From the NCBI GenBank assembly GCA_045593685.1, contig JAZNXD010000023.1, positions 1,715-65,714 on the forward strand: a DNA stretch of 64,000 bases, given 5' to 3'. Positions within the stretch are counted from its first letter, which is position 1. The number at the start of each line of letters is the position of its first letter. The position numbers and the translations under genes are program-made. This document shows, in pieces, positions 63,341 to 64,000 of the stretch. The notes under the pieces were generated by a model that worked only from the letters and a program-made list of their open reading frames with translations, was not told the DNA's origin and searched no databases. This DNA comes from Candidatus Enterousia sp. (lineage in GTDB: Bacteria; Pseudomonadota; Alphaproteobacteria; Rs-D84).

Positions 63341-64000
63341 CCGACTATCTTCTGCCACAATGTCTTTTTCTTTGGGGCTTTCTTACGCTTGCGTCGTTGT
63401 GCATTTACGGTTGTCTTTTTTGCATCAACATGTTGCGCATTTTTCTTTTTTGCATCGGTTGACGGTGTATATGCCCCCAATAAATCTTCGGTTTTATTCT
63501 GTTCTGGGGCGACACGTTGGATTGAATATTGATCAATATTCATCAAACTATCATCGCCAACGATAACAATTTCTGTTTCAAATTCGGCCTCCATCTTGGC
63601 CAATTCTGCGCGTTTATGATTTAACAGATAGATTGCAACATCGGTTGGCACCGTCATAATAATTTTCTGTGCGGCCTTGGCCAACAGTTTTTCCTGTAAA
63701 TGACGGAACAAGATGACCGCCGCCGTCTGAATTGATGGCACAACACCCGCACCCATACAGTGTGGGCACGCCACATAGGACGATTCCATAAAACTGCTGC
63801 GCAGACGCTGGCGCGACAACATCAACACGCCAAAGTTGTTAATTTTTGCAACTTGGGTACGTGCACGATCGCGTTTCATAACTTCGCGCATTTTCAATTC
63901 CAATTTACGGTTGTTCTTCTCTTCTTCCATATCGATAAAGTCAACCGCAACAATTCCCGCCAAATCACGCAGGCGTAATTGCAATGCGATTTCTTCGGCC
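63337..64000 (-). CDS. rne: ribonuclease E/G, C-terminal part (N-terminus outside window)
   Basis: LRDLAGIVAVDFIDMEEEKNNRKLE...RDRARTQVAKINNFGVLMLSRQRLR...CPHCMGAGV (Zn-link). Lys-rich tail. The frame stays open to the window edge. Confidence 0.85.
   Translation of the reverse strand, partial: AEEIALQLRLRDLAGIVAVDFIDMEEEKNNRKLELKMREVMKRDRARTQVAKINNFGVLMLSRQRLRSSFMESSYVACPHCMGAGVVPSIQTAAVILFRHLQEKLLAKAAQKIIMTVPTDVAIYLLNHKRAELAKMEAEFETEIVIVGDDSLMNIDQYSIQRVAPEQNKTEDLLGAYTPSTDAKKKNAQHVDAKKTTVNAQRRKRKKAPKKKTLWQKIVG

Overview
64-kb chromosomal segment of a moderately AT-rich Gram-negative bacterium. Gene content and local synteny (lptE-holA, fabH-ihfA-rne, lpxI, zapA, priA, parC, miaA, rplU-rpmA) fit an alphaproteobacterium; this assignment is inference only. 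Most of the window is housekeeping: sodB, cvpA, lgt, nrdDG, map, radC, parC, gap, miaA, priA, birA, dnaB, fabH, ihfA, ribosomal proteins L21/L27/L33, and three tRNAs (Ser-UGA, Leu-UAG, Arg-CCU). Interspersed are three OMP beta-barrel paralogs, several secreted cysteine-rich proteins of unknown function, and glycosyltransferase/UDP-xylose genes. I saw no rRNA, CRISPR array, IS/transposase or integrase. Five things stand out. (1) A family of structured 5' leaders, each with a near-consensus promoter, mutually exclusive helices and an intrinsic terminator, sits upstream of three secreted Cys-rich protein genes (28034-28326 minus, 35577-35856, 42376-42600). The helices covary between copies, and a fourth gene (24277-24511) shares only the 5' domain. 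(2) A compact podovirus-like structural/lysis cassette lies at 45794-58469. Its terminase large-subunit gene is split into ATPase and nuclease halves by a 3.4-kb opposite-strand insertion carrying a full-length dnaB, a tandem-XRE repressor-like gene and an unknown gene. The cassette also carries a Lys/Ala-repeat histone-H1-like gene as its own transcription unit. (3) The class III ribonucleotide reductase has its glycyl-radical segment on a separate 60-aa ORF with its own Shine-Dalgarno sequence. (4) A candidate ~190-nt sRNA has a consensus promoter, a terminator and CU-rich anti-SD loops. (5) A 46-bp tandem repeat array is related to dispersed palindromic elements. Two small genes below the ORF-track cutoff were found by hand: a 2x[4Fe-4S] ferredoxin and L33. 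All functional calls come from motif recognition by eye; no database search was run.
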